NCBI GenBank assembly: GCA_949282135.1
Contig: CASDOR010000029.1
Span: 9,685 to 73,684 of the forward strand
Source: an uncultured Christensenella sp.
Lineage (GTDB): Bacteria > Bacillota > Clostridia > Christensenellales > UBA1242
Reading direction: 5' to 3'
DNA length: 64,000 nt
Below, piece by piece: positions 36,901 through 40,010 of this stretch. The translations under genes and the position numbers were made by a program. Each line of letters begins with the position of its first letter. Positions within the stretch are counted from its first letter, which is position 1. The notes under the pieces are model-generated. The model searched no databases and had not been told where the DNA came from. It saw only the letters and a list, made by a program, of their open reading frames with translations.

Positions 36901-39208
36901 AATATCCATATTTCATTGATACATAAGGTTGTGTTGGATTATCTAATTCGTCATCAAAAACAGTATTTATAACCTGTGCTTCAATTGATAAATCAACCTC
37001 TGTTATTATATCAACTACTTTAACCTTTACTGTTGCTTGATAGCCATTTTCAGCGGTAAAGAGAATACTTGTTTCACCTACCCTTAACCCCTTAAAAGCA
37101 ATAACTCCACCAATTTGAAGTTCACTTTCATCATACGCACCACTAAAGAAGGCTTCTAAGTTAGAATCAGATTCACTTGAAGTCACTTCTTCAATAATGC
37201 TTTCGTCATAACCACTAACTTCAATTTCACCCTCAACATCACTATCAAAGAAATATGCTATCAAAGTGCCATTTAAATTTCCTGCCCCTAAAACTAATTG
37301 TTGATAACTTGGATCTGCCGAAAGATTATAGTTATCAAGGTTAACAAAATCATTGACACCCTTAATTGCTTTTACTTCAATATTCTCAACACCCTTAGTC
37401 GTAAGGACATTTGTATCAACTTTTTCTCCTTGTATTGCTCCTATAATTTCACCTTCACGAGTCATTATCTCATGACTAACAAGATTCTCAAAAGTAAGAC
37501 TAAAAGAAGCATTTTCATTAACACTTCTTGCCCTTAAATAAAAAGTCTTATTGAAATCATCGCTTAAATCTAAATCAAAATAATAATTAGTAGTTCCATC
37601 AATTTCAATAGTGTTTAGTGCTATCTCAGACCCATTTGCGTTAATAACAATTAGGTTGTTACTTACTACAATATCACTTGTTTGTCCCTTTAAGTAAACT
37701 CTAACAATTTTATTATCGCTTAAAATTCCAGACCTAGAGCTAAGACTAACTTCAAATTTGCTACCATTTTGATTCTTTGTCACTGCATAAGAATCAAAAA
37801 TTGTAATCTCATCAGTATCAATAGTTGTTCCACCATCTCCAGCACGTAAAATAGTTTCCCCGTCTTGAGAAACACTTATAAGATCAGAAACGAGACTCAC
37901 ATCAAAAACAAACTTTGTGTATTTTTCATAGTCTTCAAGAGAGTTATAATCTGACTCTGCTAGGCTCTCAAGGTAGTCGTTGTACAAATCTCCAAAACTA
38001 AAACTTATGTCATTATCAAATCCATAATTAAACACAAAATCGACATATGCAGTACCTGCATTGCCGGATCTAATTTCAAAAAATTTATCTTTATTTGTTC
38101 CGCTTGAAGTTATTTCTAAGACATTATTTTGGCTTACAAAAGTTTCGCCTTCAAATATCATATCTCCTATAATGTAAGAAATATCTATATCTTCCGCACT
38201 ATCAACAAAAACTTCCACTTTTTCATAATTGTATGAATAGCTAGTACTTCCAATATTGTAAGTTGAGTCCACATTGTTATATAAACTAGTGTTAAGTTTA
38301 ACCACTCTATTACCTGCTACATCATCACGATAGTTTTGAAAGCCAACTTGTCCGCCAGTAATTACAATATCATCAAGAGTAATAGGTGTTACAATTTCAA
38401 TATCTTCAGTATCTATAAGTCTGTTGTTATTTTCTCTAAGTTCTTGTTTCTCTTCTTCGGTAAGATCACTCGACTCTAAGTAGGATTCTAGGTCATCATC
38501 ATATTTTTCAGATTTAGCAACAACACTCACAACCCCATCAAGAGTAGAATCCAAAACTTGAAGAAGCCCATTTTCTATATCAAAAGCAGGTGTGCTAATT
38601 CCTTCAATATAATACGCTCCGTCTCTTTCTTCAACAATAGAACTAACACCCTCTTCATTAGTGTAGCCATCAATTACAAAACTAACACCTCTTTCATCTG
38701 GCTCATAACCAGTCCCAAAGTCACTATAAAATTCAACTTGGCTGTTTAGGTCTAAACCTTCACCAATCATAATTCCAAGATTGTCCGCCAAATTTATTTC
38801 AGAAGTAGGTAGTAAGACTTTAAAGTAAAGATTTAGTTCTCCTCTGTTTGTTTCCCTTGACCTAACGTTGACTCTAAAGGTTTCGTTGCCCGATGGCATG
38901 TCCGCACGGAAGTCCGCACTGTTTGAAGTTACAGAACTTGAAATCACAGGAAAATTTTCGCTACTAGTAAAAACCACATCTCGACTAACCTCGCTAGAAG
39001 ACGAGACACTTGCATTAACCGTAATCGTATCTCCGTAGTAAACCTCGTAATAGTTGCCATTGCTGTTATATGTAACCTCTCTACCAGAATCACTTGTGAT
39101 AGAAGTCAAAACAACTCTCAGGTCTGCATACCTATCCTCATTGCAAGCAAATAATACGCCTGAAAACGAAAGCATCAAAATAGATAAAAAAACTAAAACC
39201 TTTTTCAT
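15965..39208 (-). CDS. Giant surface lipoprotein A (7,747 aa). It has N-terminal Ig-like/Big_2 regions, six entry-module plus GLUG-type repeat arrays, and a unique C-terminal domain.
   Basis: This is a complete ORF in the track. The ATG at 39208-39206 has AGGTG 5 nt upstream, and the stop is TGA at 15965-15967. The N-terminus MKKVLVFLSILMLSFSGVLFAC-NEDRYADLR carries lipobox LFAC (Cys codon 39143-39145). A Big_2-like string, SSDNTVATVSSMGRVSGVKEGQVSITTTI, lies at ~36760-36870. GG[ILV][IVA]G motifs recur throughout. I saw no HExxH, Walker, KS/AT/A/C or other catalytic motif. Confidence 0.95.
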   Translation of the reverse strand: MKKVLVFLSILMLSFSGVLFACNEDRYADLRVVLTSITSDSGREVTYNSNGNYYEVYYGDTITVNASVSSSSEVSRDVVFTSSENFPVISSSVTSNSADFRADMPSGNETFRVNVRSRETNRGELNLYFKVLLPTSEINLADNLGIMIGEGLDLNSQVEFYSDFGTGYEPDERGVSFVIDGYTNEEGVSSIVEERDGAYYIEGISTPAFDIENGLLQVLDSTLDGVVSVVAKSEKYDDDLESYLESSDLTEEEKQELRENNNRLIDTEDIEIVTPITLDDIVITGGQVGFQNYRDDVAGNRVVKLNTSLYNNVDSTYNIGSTSYSYNYEKVEVFVDSAEDIDISYIIGDMIFEGETFVSQNNVLEITSSGTNKDKFFEIRSGNAGTAYVDFVFNYGFDNDISFSFGDLYNDYLESLAESDYNSLEDYEKYTKFVFDVSLVSDLISVSQDGETILRAGDGGTTIDTDEITIFDSYAVTKNQNGSKFEVSLSSRSGILSDNKIVRVYLKGQTSDIVVSNNLIVINANGSEIALNTIEIDGTTNYYFDLDLSDDFNKTFYLRARSVNENASFSLTFENLVSHEIMTREGEIIGAIQGEKVDTNVLTTKGVENIEVKAIKGVNDFVNLDNYNLSADPSYQQLVLGAGNLNGTLIAYFFDSDVEGEIEVSGYDESIIEEVTSSESDSNLEAFFSGAYDESELQIGGVIAFKGLRVGETSILFTAENGYQATVKVKVVDIITEVDLSIEAQVINTVFDDELDNPTQPYVSMKYGYSFNIIDTYKTNASGVISKSYTSSDNTVATVSSMGRVSGVKEGQVSITTTITYYTFSAGLGNFYQWGQTEYVKTFTLQVYIPMESFSLTPNANIFYDVNSLSYDNESLANIQIGVSIIGSDATVAKDPTAVRFEVESGKINYLEGVTYENGSNVVVTSNFSAIASLPTYARDVETITFTVVVSEFGFETSRSYTITIRRAVKVEDIDITASKNGTEAIVDKTDETYELRVRNGSSVDIRTFINPEEVLVDDLIVRLSSEDGDVSTLAGLTYGNSNNVSEIVINAMDRFTLNVNEDVSGEFDILIIAKDSFTSEDVYDVSRVVHIIIEDGVTHAYSISNSYELKNIEAEPDKSYVLVADIVLNSNWEEPIKGFNGVLNGNNHTISGLQLSYLTESGNVGLFESIDNYYDDLGVISRYGTVYDLKLNVSLINIRGDVTTEMNVGALAGINNGIVMNVAVEFSNIIVSTSSVANIGGLVGTNNGVIYNFSIDVHKNNETDDVIAQKYFGVNTDTGIFAKYDTGNVPNDVNLDDCIANIYSTGKMAITSTNTTYVGGLVGKNTRRINGYYGVYNKEIDENDTIFVTSYQNEGIDVNVEINVSGGSITSSDSSIGGVAGLSQNGLISNVAVDGQIGRFDFSNNTLYGTNDNVGGIVGINTQSGQILNSLTSIKVRGRDNVGGAVGLFSSTTSNNAKLDGVFVESYRQAGDGDNTLIVGRNNVGGIVGNIANGTIEDSYSYGYQDKFDDMYINYGDIYVYGEGDVYAGGISGQNVGLSASIVFSTFNIVSQESVNVRGLFGAGNVSVDSVFYIGAFNALEDSQNVNELLGVSEGSQTRVEFYYILTYANEEGVKAGDINADGVKDTFVSLKYEDDDYGTEVVDGNIIFNSYVLNGDAYELREIVKRSDLLRDLPTSIDVTGTGSEALLNQDGDEYVLDFTTNLDRNVFYNYSYNDLNNEKHNVLLINYSTYNSEFDLSSLFEVSTLPEGIKNVKIIVSKIDNSNNVLTITNDGRVIINRTGEIDLNFRLKENSMVESNVHVIIVQNFDELWLSPNLNYSSSYFDSKLNNPMYVVIDRETSLNYLLVDSLTQNEIPSSNFYTVEYDVKYSPSVIDEFTEIDEVETYYNFTSTGITFFTEGYYEVTVSVVFTDNSGTRYRYTDDNWTFYLNARASAYDVAISEGEIILEGEGSEEFVVTLFATATEEIPALSMKLQTPSGDIVNLDRTIVNEETGESSYDNENSPFIISLIPQGKQGGYNYNVRVSLKDKYKDEKEVLTYVLMVYDEAGVLETEYADVKLKISPASLNPLSLNHYAYTEQISNITGATGGEGEETIPTYFYSYSPSQADSIVPGLGGLLVIDLVPYYSNILSVSVSSSLGSQGNAVNFVQMVKVKDSLDPNKYYYVYGPSTTINSDGSTSLNLVSSMPNAEIVVQGTNGILNGEISYAFSSEQGYPNLGRLYVRTIAPSSLSEEDSFDITVNVVYQALNEEGELINVTRTAVKTLHVMTNPNVNLELSHEGEEREIIAYTGINTENATTPDWIDIFASVTDGHDYSISYSVISNGQNMGQSADYAVVEDYKDRSVLRLGPRAQVGDKIVVSLNVELDYEDYETTQSYVKEITVVDAVIESLSIEGMDDNNDVKMNISSSRPLRVKINGFGTSDALSSIAESISRYVSGSGSRVPYYWYGSIAGSGQYFTLTSIDLAPYLPFVVNQLPTSNDEASVITISGTDLGLISGENQTFSVNYDTIYLDGAITYGSVSMLLRMSYVYRDGRVLLIPNDLASTEFVEEIYFTVSVIEGEEEDLIPIYDEEDLRLIEQDDGTGNYILMNDLSIDLHKPLTANFASFDGNNKVITINSFQYEVGNADYANSTNMGLFSTINSNNIVKNVIVALPNNKDSAMDLTHYAQINFGGIAGINNGIITNCDVITLGGETNYSYTLNFNTKGSHDVYIGGLVGQNTGIITNSRVGRESVEVLRTDNSESTIVRREYLANVAPRTIINVSGPGLVAGFVAENTGTISSSFAKNMQIEVYDDNQGTTNIRTAGFVVNNSGFINGSFVTGFEEEQFAGQNEATNPNRILGGGLYSNGPISGFVFENTNYIQNCYSNINLSGSYSTAAKTLGILDRLNGNDANIVAASGFVFNMSENATIYTSYSLSKIGIDPNTHSAFEATLDALNVIGVKVSQQGTIENCYFLKETTENDFDTSEERAIELSNSAVIDADNTDVESGLNQFASIESFNGFAFDYSIENFANYSASNSAGVWAISLGSENSGHPELISANTIALSNRIARTTLNADGSTTTRFYYVADYELGSDNNPYLISSAEQFNNVFRAYSSDNSTTVDIASKFTGNIRLINHINFSGITPLSTSVEYTSIIGETAVFDGNYLSIYNMSLTDRSAGSHAFGLFRDIYSAGVKNLTLGVTRINAGNSTSVGALAGVIVDSNISNISLVSNGTSNSVVLGNNYVGALAGIVTSSNSGDIYHVSNIKSNVSVMGGINNDSKTSPAITSSFTIWAQIEPISLSGTSGKNLRLYNLGKDVFYAGGIAGIIDLGQEREEGSSAVLNAENVTNIHVGSYTQNVSSISTGNYSTSVSILSDYVGGMFGFIGDQTYLSRSEFIVDGGSAISGKQVAGGIAGVNFGMIAKSYVSYDVETMKEEDKYLVHYAVGSSYTRDENVTENLFSANVEEYAPRYIGGIAGINAGTDVSGSGSIVDSYNRVDVKNTGSIGVGGIVGASYIGEIRNVYTTAGLMANLNASEDVYIGGIIGRIFDNADEGYFSDAINGDKTLLLSNIVGLNMYTTSDFNALYAFDVAHPARIGGLYGYYQNEKSDRSTGIVRIDQGADIYIQSYILKDYTNSYIKTLGINDTFMIGPAQNDEGKFIPTYSDPDANGTADRDVTYIRLWGSEIDSTTNRYYDSYLAQYLSGSTTNRIEPQDYRIYFGGSNVAIDENIAIDASRFEEYNTLRDAYFSRINWPTTTWKFESSDLLPLHNYGYNSSVVLIYTAEQFMEELSTRNNAEMTYLVMNDIDFSGITDLSPITSTFSGRLIGNAVTYTDGTGTYTRYPILFNLNFNNTNVENSTYALFENVSGGSISNLNFVISNYDVRFSNSLVGDTRASVLVGNAENMTMTNVNVYSSLTSNVSRYSSSRTYSPSMEGITFNVSQGLSYNDSNVVEKVSNVSYLKLAEYVIDGIEISGSFTFTLDLTNGSRFVESTGTGYTVEVKNEGEIKTNASTFGGLVASTGDSTATIENSGANVNISLLYSGSNSNVYVGSVVGFGKGYIRNASSQSYINLQSEFTGMTTVVRDISSLYLGLIAGYYQGQMENIYIDGGSILVGGEPQGERQDPYIYVSNSSSGASGAYVGGVSGNHGRYQSVGSSTSVGSIESVYVYDLSIETYIKGRQSIAGVIAKNQAVTNDIYIRQSGVTPDNSNSIVGGVSNGGILVHLNDESSNPSVGGVFGENSTATIENIYSNISIKVDATVYNRLYLGGIIAQSTSDLRLINVVSDAEKLEVVKNLIEKDGLTYYENDILYVGGILASGVSLSLEQAISTVDIIVNQESSMFVGGAVGTVEVLSVVNVIILSDITLKRGTGSSNSYFYIENGSYYVGGLVGQILSSFTVSGRADELVLVASTIRDYAIAQKLDARIHSVIGGDITSITYNGDMAKVYFNENISLVSNSNRTSVSGGNIGGITIVSTGVDSFSAISQRELGTQFTKIFNMFTYNDGGEILRLETVLEVEDSYSSLYSTYLENDSFTSGSKLNPIEYSSGGSLTNSTYYILSDDLNLSASIYSTNYTNWVLNAEGHSISVVSNGVTLPIFDTITEGSAVVGVLVTVDGDTRVDNNFSAISRVNYGFVFSCGVSGDILNSVRTPQSVSSVVSNNYGVLNRVFSLANITSDGAAGLVLYNGQNDSYIGNIYDSYYTGSINASGSSENSVYTGLAFRSTYGVISNSYTMADIDAPEDEGSLSKVYPVVGHEAGEAETKQNLYRTYYDYVAYLGSNEGKRIDDILSTTADNVSFISRDGIYVWTTTYSGDLSLDNISDPNIGESVTMLDILQTSWIGVSNQFELTNNYARVSQNDSLIIDTTWFNFGYLTKDMQNIFVGEDEAANTKKYFDMLYTGSGLRDINNVRGENPPRLKTATEAGGFEDMPYSIKHGGLLDMLVVENCREATPVYRYYIFTRDINLIKYQKGTYWSENWDKINAIFYGNLDGDNKDVSNMFATYGLVRAIPNTENLIINNKEAQEVVVKNITFNRGNYSKTGLIAGYVGGGTISNITVTDEGRGGASYVYNGNILQLLSKEDYKLFCKDDGENSQLEPQYEILEEVLTSINMKVLVGNSDPITESDYIPNNDIYSDRDSKKTTFAGGLVGIMNGGVITDIVINGLTVMVYNEVSESDGTKIDLSKRLNEISYTGGIVGIMNGGTITSDAIDSIVSSDVAGEIDIQKMTVATSLKASQRVQTFSYVGGIAGYIGGGQSRIKGIVMGQGSSRDISIYSMYSAGGIAGMLDGGNIEDCTYSIHNDFSEARGVRIGYLNWEAGTEDGSQMQTIVKNLSTGSDVPSYEDRGDTSETIYITEIYLGGIAGVMGSGIIRNSNFGGGEYTAAINLYPHSLGGLYTIYVGGIVGDVYSKDSLIIDNCHITGVLLLKTAQEGVVGGIIGRMRGGTITNCTAKEGSNITALIGDPVAYSYENFDENGFDEVFAEVGDYLADMWDSGKLWSDLLSPQFKELIGGWEGSGQYGGVNLDHFFEYVGYIGFANDGYSVAGGIVGRMIYGELNGKTETGEGSSISNSANITSNYSAGGIVGEILNKGISDSTSVRITNVTSSGIISGIGAIKVDVSGSARVVGESSFNTIKDIFSDLVGSQYGLDPTLIANIAAGLTHSIAGGIVGYAMVENTSRNIDHIVIENATSTGKVGSNLATFSGGIVGLVSNKSRGNVYIKNCTSNASLLGYLVRSFAGGIVGFLEGATIEDCQYNASLIALFETLFGDSAPSGKDIGEEVASFFKDFTQSILGIPNVIGGIVGYMNSGYIYDCKTASDSSEFFLPGVLLGVRVSGGIVGVMAGGTVQANSIIFNNNIVMSLYGIAGGIIGVISGNNARLNTFGRHLSVASIIEGVEKYLDNSGGNMSGFEEAFNTIFGGLDNEGNPLNGAGIMVNGPTGMVVGFISGGIIGFFDKAQYSEFTGAFNFGRVYSNIAMIFSASEVISSSRSIASRIEEAESDGEIDDNEFDDLLLTVSENLGLFGFEFSTGVTVDGQELPLIEIGASTNLLGIFDLGLEGSLDFGLDDLDDVSFVDYFLNIVVNRYTWNNKWSVDTSGGTSTFGGLTANSNICNIGDDYFDKRFATVDNDLSTDNVDVQLEDVPAGRGSSGGIIGYKTGTMDLTLSMTFSYGIELPTYVGALFTSSVASSGIAGGIIGMAEAGLIVTASANFMPVIGRTAGGIVGYADSNTVQVVSFNPNFKFDSIADMVNEMLNQNLLYGQVQNAGLINGEIFAGGIIGYAREATINTAEIESFLSPHEIGLYIRWNNSVAQSDTLFNTPNFTDWSILQVVNGGSVYSGKYAGGLIGYMDAGSAIYMAKVAPGLGTALSSIEGIVDSIFKGSELQIYGGYAGGVTGFMQDGHISGTVSVGKTGGNSLINRSVVRIAAARYAIKSDGNGKPIAPSLEDYIYGGYAGGIVGIMRNGEIGSTKLVGTENVFLQTTLNASVNFGLSDSGSQKAMFVGGAVGYYDKPGQIMQNYTGNIHVSVNGTISNGLYTGGIFGRVDEGSLVDFSTGKSIGSGDETYPVVDVLGLSRGLTDIDMQNINSVQTLSQSTRLGVNDEDGESTFTVRGVAGSYTGGIVGYLKNGTIRNVISGIKVVGDANSVAGGVVGFMDGGEISNVTIAKVTTKEGTFGDNAEAVILYGEQLITLDNGDYTQHTGSIGGIVGLATISEENTDPKYEEGVKIRNAVMLASMSGGNYAGGIVGNLDKGTVEYSYAVSDTEDAYYAGAIAGRIGKGGQILTSSIGVFKDTMLGMANGFDISTKLYSVNISGIDAAGSIAGISYGNIERADINPDNVTITSAEIPGEENGSGEESGSGEESEEIVTGYIGGLVGILADGTLGLAEGEDSYTIEAPSVSGRIVGGLVGLLEDGEIRSGLARNVTVNEDGFYGGGIVGQMNGGVISGGGFVENDIIGENFKVTAIGIGVDEENGDTKGIALGGLIGLFNKGSFRKSFTGLEVDGGMYGGGVIGEFNSEESFPDISNLQVSNVSSEYAGGLIGRYVSGEVDNSYIPNNVTIKGNAAAGGIIGIISAEEDSTNISANILVEKLTANNDVTVNIESENYAGGLIGLVDGIELRTNLDFTSQGTISGKYVGGIVGALENNAKLGGEDEDARLRVTLSCSVEGDYIGGIVGYLNDSSVFYVTMPQQSGTAITLVGGSNISVGGIVGASNYGNIYNCTNEFDLFNGASGDGSLVASQGGIVGTATFTNIIDCVNDADIIGFTPNVNVGGIAGEAISAVIDGAINNGDLSFYSLTNPAASNISLWAQGNLNSLDIVSSGNETRFSDFNSNHKGSVGGIVGKGHITTAVEGSEDVTKELYVRGINNGTISGYYFYGYDFSESGVDYDRNNSYIVEEGSDENDLAFTSYVSDKRGQIVGYLEGGAQTSEGETDYITIVNQGSDEGESTVVGQHPTKIEGEPFDDATINWADRNEHLLDNQEAYIVGFRVDITTYTYTPNLETGGWDLAMVLPRVEYWLTRTNNPDLFAGKEINSYAQLAILGLEKVISPAELLTSEEGVYNENLLMKTETTSRSGFENEAVAYPSHNDYVFNSYYVEFSTTYHFKNFTFDALQDVGYTTGESGETRDATKKDGYITQEYQNLQILDKIYGQCDCDKTYNQPPHVPNLDEVIYQTSLDDLSDITISSTYSSNLDSMGTESIIESGINKSSYDYTHLLTKTGNQDTYEDFIINSSDMYLILKNNLEMVILEEPIETGGQLSNIVLQV
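17200..24430 (-). repeat. Giant A repeat array 6: a continuous ~7-kb GLUG-type super-array
   Basis: The entry module is YRYYIFTRDINLIKYQKGTYWSENWDKINAIFYGNLDGDNKDVSNMF (24240-24430). By hand count, about 45 GG[ILVA][IVTAF]G motifs follow (GGLVGIM, GGIVGIM, GGIAGYI ... GGIAGEA, GGIVGKG at ~17240). They are interleaved with I-x-[ND]-[CS] rung motifs (IEDC, IDNC, ITNC, IKNC, IYDC, IYNC, IIDC). Confidence 0.8.
18677..18729 (-). repeat. Three imperfect 18-nt tandem copies encoding a G-S-G-E-E-S acidic linker inside giant A
   Basis: On the plus strand: cactttcttccccagagc / cactttcttctccagagc / cattttcttctccagga. The minus-strand translation is ...PGEENGSGEESGSGEESEEIVTG... Confidence 0.8.
25830..27950 (-). 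repeat. Giant A repeat array 4
   Basis: The entry module is VVLIYTAEQFMEEL...YLVMNDIDFSGITDLSPITSTFSGRLIGN (27780-27950). It is followed by FGGLVAS, GSVVGFG, GLIAGYY, GGVSGNH, AGVIAKN, GGVFGEN, GGIIAQS, GGILASG, GGAVGTV, GGLVGQI and GGNIGGI (~25860). Confidence 0.65.
28450..29990 (-). repeat. Giant A repeat array 3
   Basis: The entry module is NPYLISSAEQFNNVF...ETAVFDGNYLSIYNMSL...FGLFRDI. It is followed by GALAGVI, GALAGIV, GGIAGII, GGMFGFI, GGIAGVN, GGIAGIN, GGIVGAS, GGIIGRI and GGLYGYY (the last at ~28460). Confidence 0.7.
30450..31450 (-). repeat. Giant A repeat array 2 (degenerate GLUG-type)
   Basis: The entry module is YILMNDLSIDLHKPLTANFASFDGNNKVITINSF (31330-31450). It is followed by MGLFSTI, GGIAGINNGIITNC, GGLVGQNTGIITNS, AGFVAENTG, AGFVVNNSG, SGFVFENT and ASGFVFNM. 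Confidence 0.65.
34480..35810 (-). repeat. Giant A repeat array 1 (entry module plus GLUG-type rungs)
   Basis: The entry module is ...YVLVADIVLNSNWEEPIKGFNGVLNGNNHTISGLQL (35750-35810). It is followed by GLFESI, GALAGINNG, GGLVGTNNG, GGLVGKN, GGVAGLS, GGIVGIN, GGAVGLF, GGIVGNI and GGISGQN, ending at ...RGLFGAGNVSVD (~34500). Confidence 0.7.
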
Positions 39209-39274
39209 AAAAACACCTACTTTTATTATGTGACTTTCTTCAACTTTTATTTTGTCAACAACTAAGTTTAATTA

Positions 39275-39304
39275 ATTATATTTTATATTATCTTTTTTTG
39301 TCAA
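39275..39304 (-). promoter_or_regulatory. Candidate sigma-A-type promoter for giant A (TTGACA-18 nt-TATAAT)
   Basis: Plus-strand 'tgtcaa' at 39299-39304 corresponds to TTGACA, and 'attata' at 39275-39280 corresponds to TATAAT. This predicts a ~60-nt leader to the ATG at 39208, with the AGGTG SD at 39214-39218. Confidence 0.5.
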
Positions 39305-39544
39305 ATAAATACGCAAAAAAAGTAGACATTTTTAAGAGTTTTTTCTAAGAAAAATTTTAAAAAATTTTTTAATTTTTTTTCTTAAAAATTATTGTTTTAA
39401 GTTTTAAATTTTCTTTAAAATATAATTTAGTTTTTTTACCTCTGATTCCCTTTAATTTACTGGTATTTATTAATTTATCTTTGCACAAAAAAAACACAAA
39501 TAAAATTAAATAAATCTCTAATATAAAAATTCTAAGAAAAACAT

Positions 39545-39808
39545 TTAAGCTTTATTTAAATTTTTAGATTTATATTTGTTTTTTGTCGCCTCTCCACCCC
39601 TGATATGCCTCTCAGACAAATTTAACTTAAGCAAATTATCTACCTCTAAAAAAAGAGATAAATTTAATTTCTTTAATCTCTTACTTAAATCAAAGTGAAC
39701 AGTACTTTTAGACACGTTAAACTCACTTGCAATACTTCTTACCGTCCCCCTTTTTTCCAAAATAAACATTGCTTCTTTATACACTCTCTCTTCAATATTC
39801 CCTTTCAT
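39545..39808 (-). CDS. spoIIID: Stage III sporulation DNA-binding regulator SpoIIID
   Basis: The 87-aa protein MKGNIEERVYKEAMFILEKRGTVRSIASEFNVSKSTVHFDLSKRL...ERHIRGGEATKNKYK matches the SpoIIID signature (TVR-IA-EF-VSKSTVH-DL; RH-RGGEATK-KYK). I chose the ATG at 39808 (SD GAGAGG 5 nt upstream) over the GTG at 39814 used by the track. Confidence 0.9.
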   Translation of the reverse strand: MKGNIEERVYKEAMFILEKRGTVRSIASEFNVSKSTVHFDLSKRLKKLNLSLFLEVDNLLKLNLSERHIRGGEATKNKYKSKNLNKA

Positions 39809-39830
39809 TTTCACCTCTCTATTTTATAGA

Positions 39831-39861
39831 GATATGAAAGGACAAGGTCTTTTTATGTCAA
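39831..39861 (-). promoter_or_regulatory. Candidate spoIIID promoter, possibly mother-cell sigma type (-35 GACATA / -10 CATATC)
   Basis: The minus strand reads TTGACATAAAAAGACCTTGTCCTTTCATATCTCTATAAAATAGAGAGGTGAAAATG. There is no TATAAT at the sigma-A spacing. The CATA-type -10 loosely resembles sigma-E/sigma-K promoters, which drive spoIIID in B. subtilis. Confidence 0.3.
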
Positions 39862-39953
39862 ATTTTGTAGAAAAAAATAAAAGCCTTTTAGAATTTTACT
39901 CCTAAAAAGTTTAGCATAACACTTAAATATAAAGAACAAATAAAGGGTTACAA

Positions 39954-40000
39954 TAAAAAAGTCCTAACTTATAGGCTAAAATCAACCACAAGTTAGGACT
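39954..40000 (-). terminator. Intrinsic terminator after acpP
   Basis: On the minus strand: AGTCCTAACTT-(19-nt loop)-AAGTTAGGACT followed by TTTTTTA. It starts 10 nt after the acpP TAG stop. Confidence 0.6.
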
Positions 40001-40010
40001 TATTTTACAA

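Noticed and set aside
15965-39208. The giant ORF could be an NRPS/PKS megasynthase, suggested by its size and an ACP gene 800 nt upstream.
   Set aside because: I saw no KS (DTACSS), AT (GHSxG), adenylation, condensation (HHxxxDG) or carrier-domain motifs. The protein starts with a lipoprotein export signal and consists of structural Ig-like and solenoid repeats. The ACP is a standard FAS-type ACP with its own terminator.
15965-39208. The giant could be an M26 IgA1-protease-type enzyme, since GLUG motifs are known from that family.
   Set aside because: I found no HExxH zinc site or G5/LPXTG elements in giant A or in the visible part of giant B.
1-39208. The two giant ORFs could be a single gene split by a frameshift or nonsense mutation (pseudogene).
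   Set aside because: The 172-nt gap has its own SD and ATG. Giant B begins with a complete signal peptide and lipobox paralogous to that of giant A, which indicates two bona fide tandem genes.
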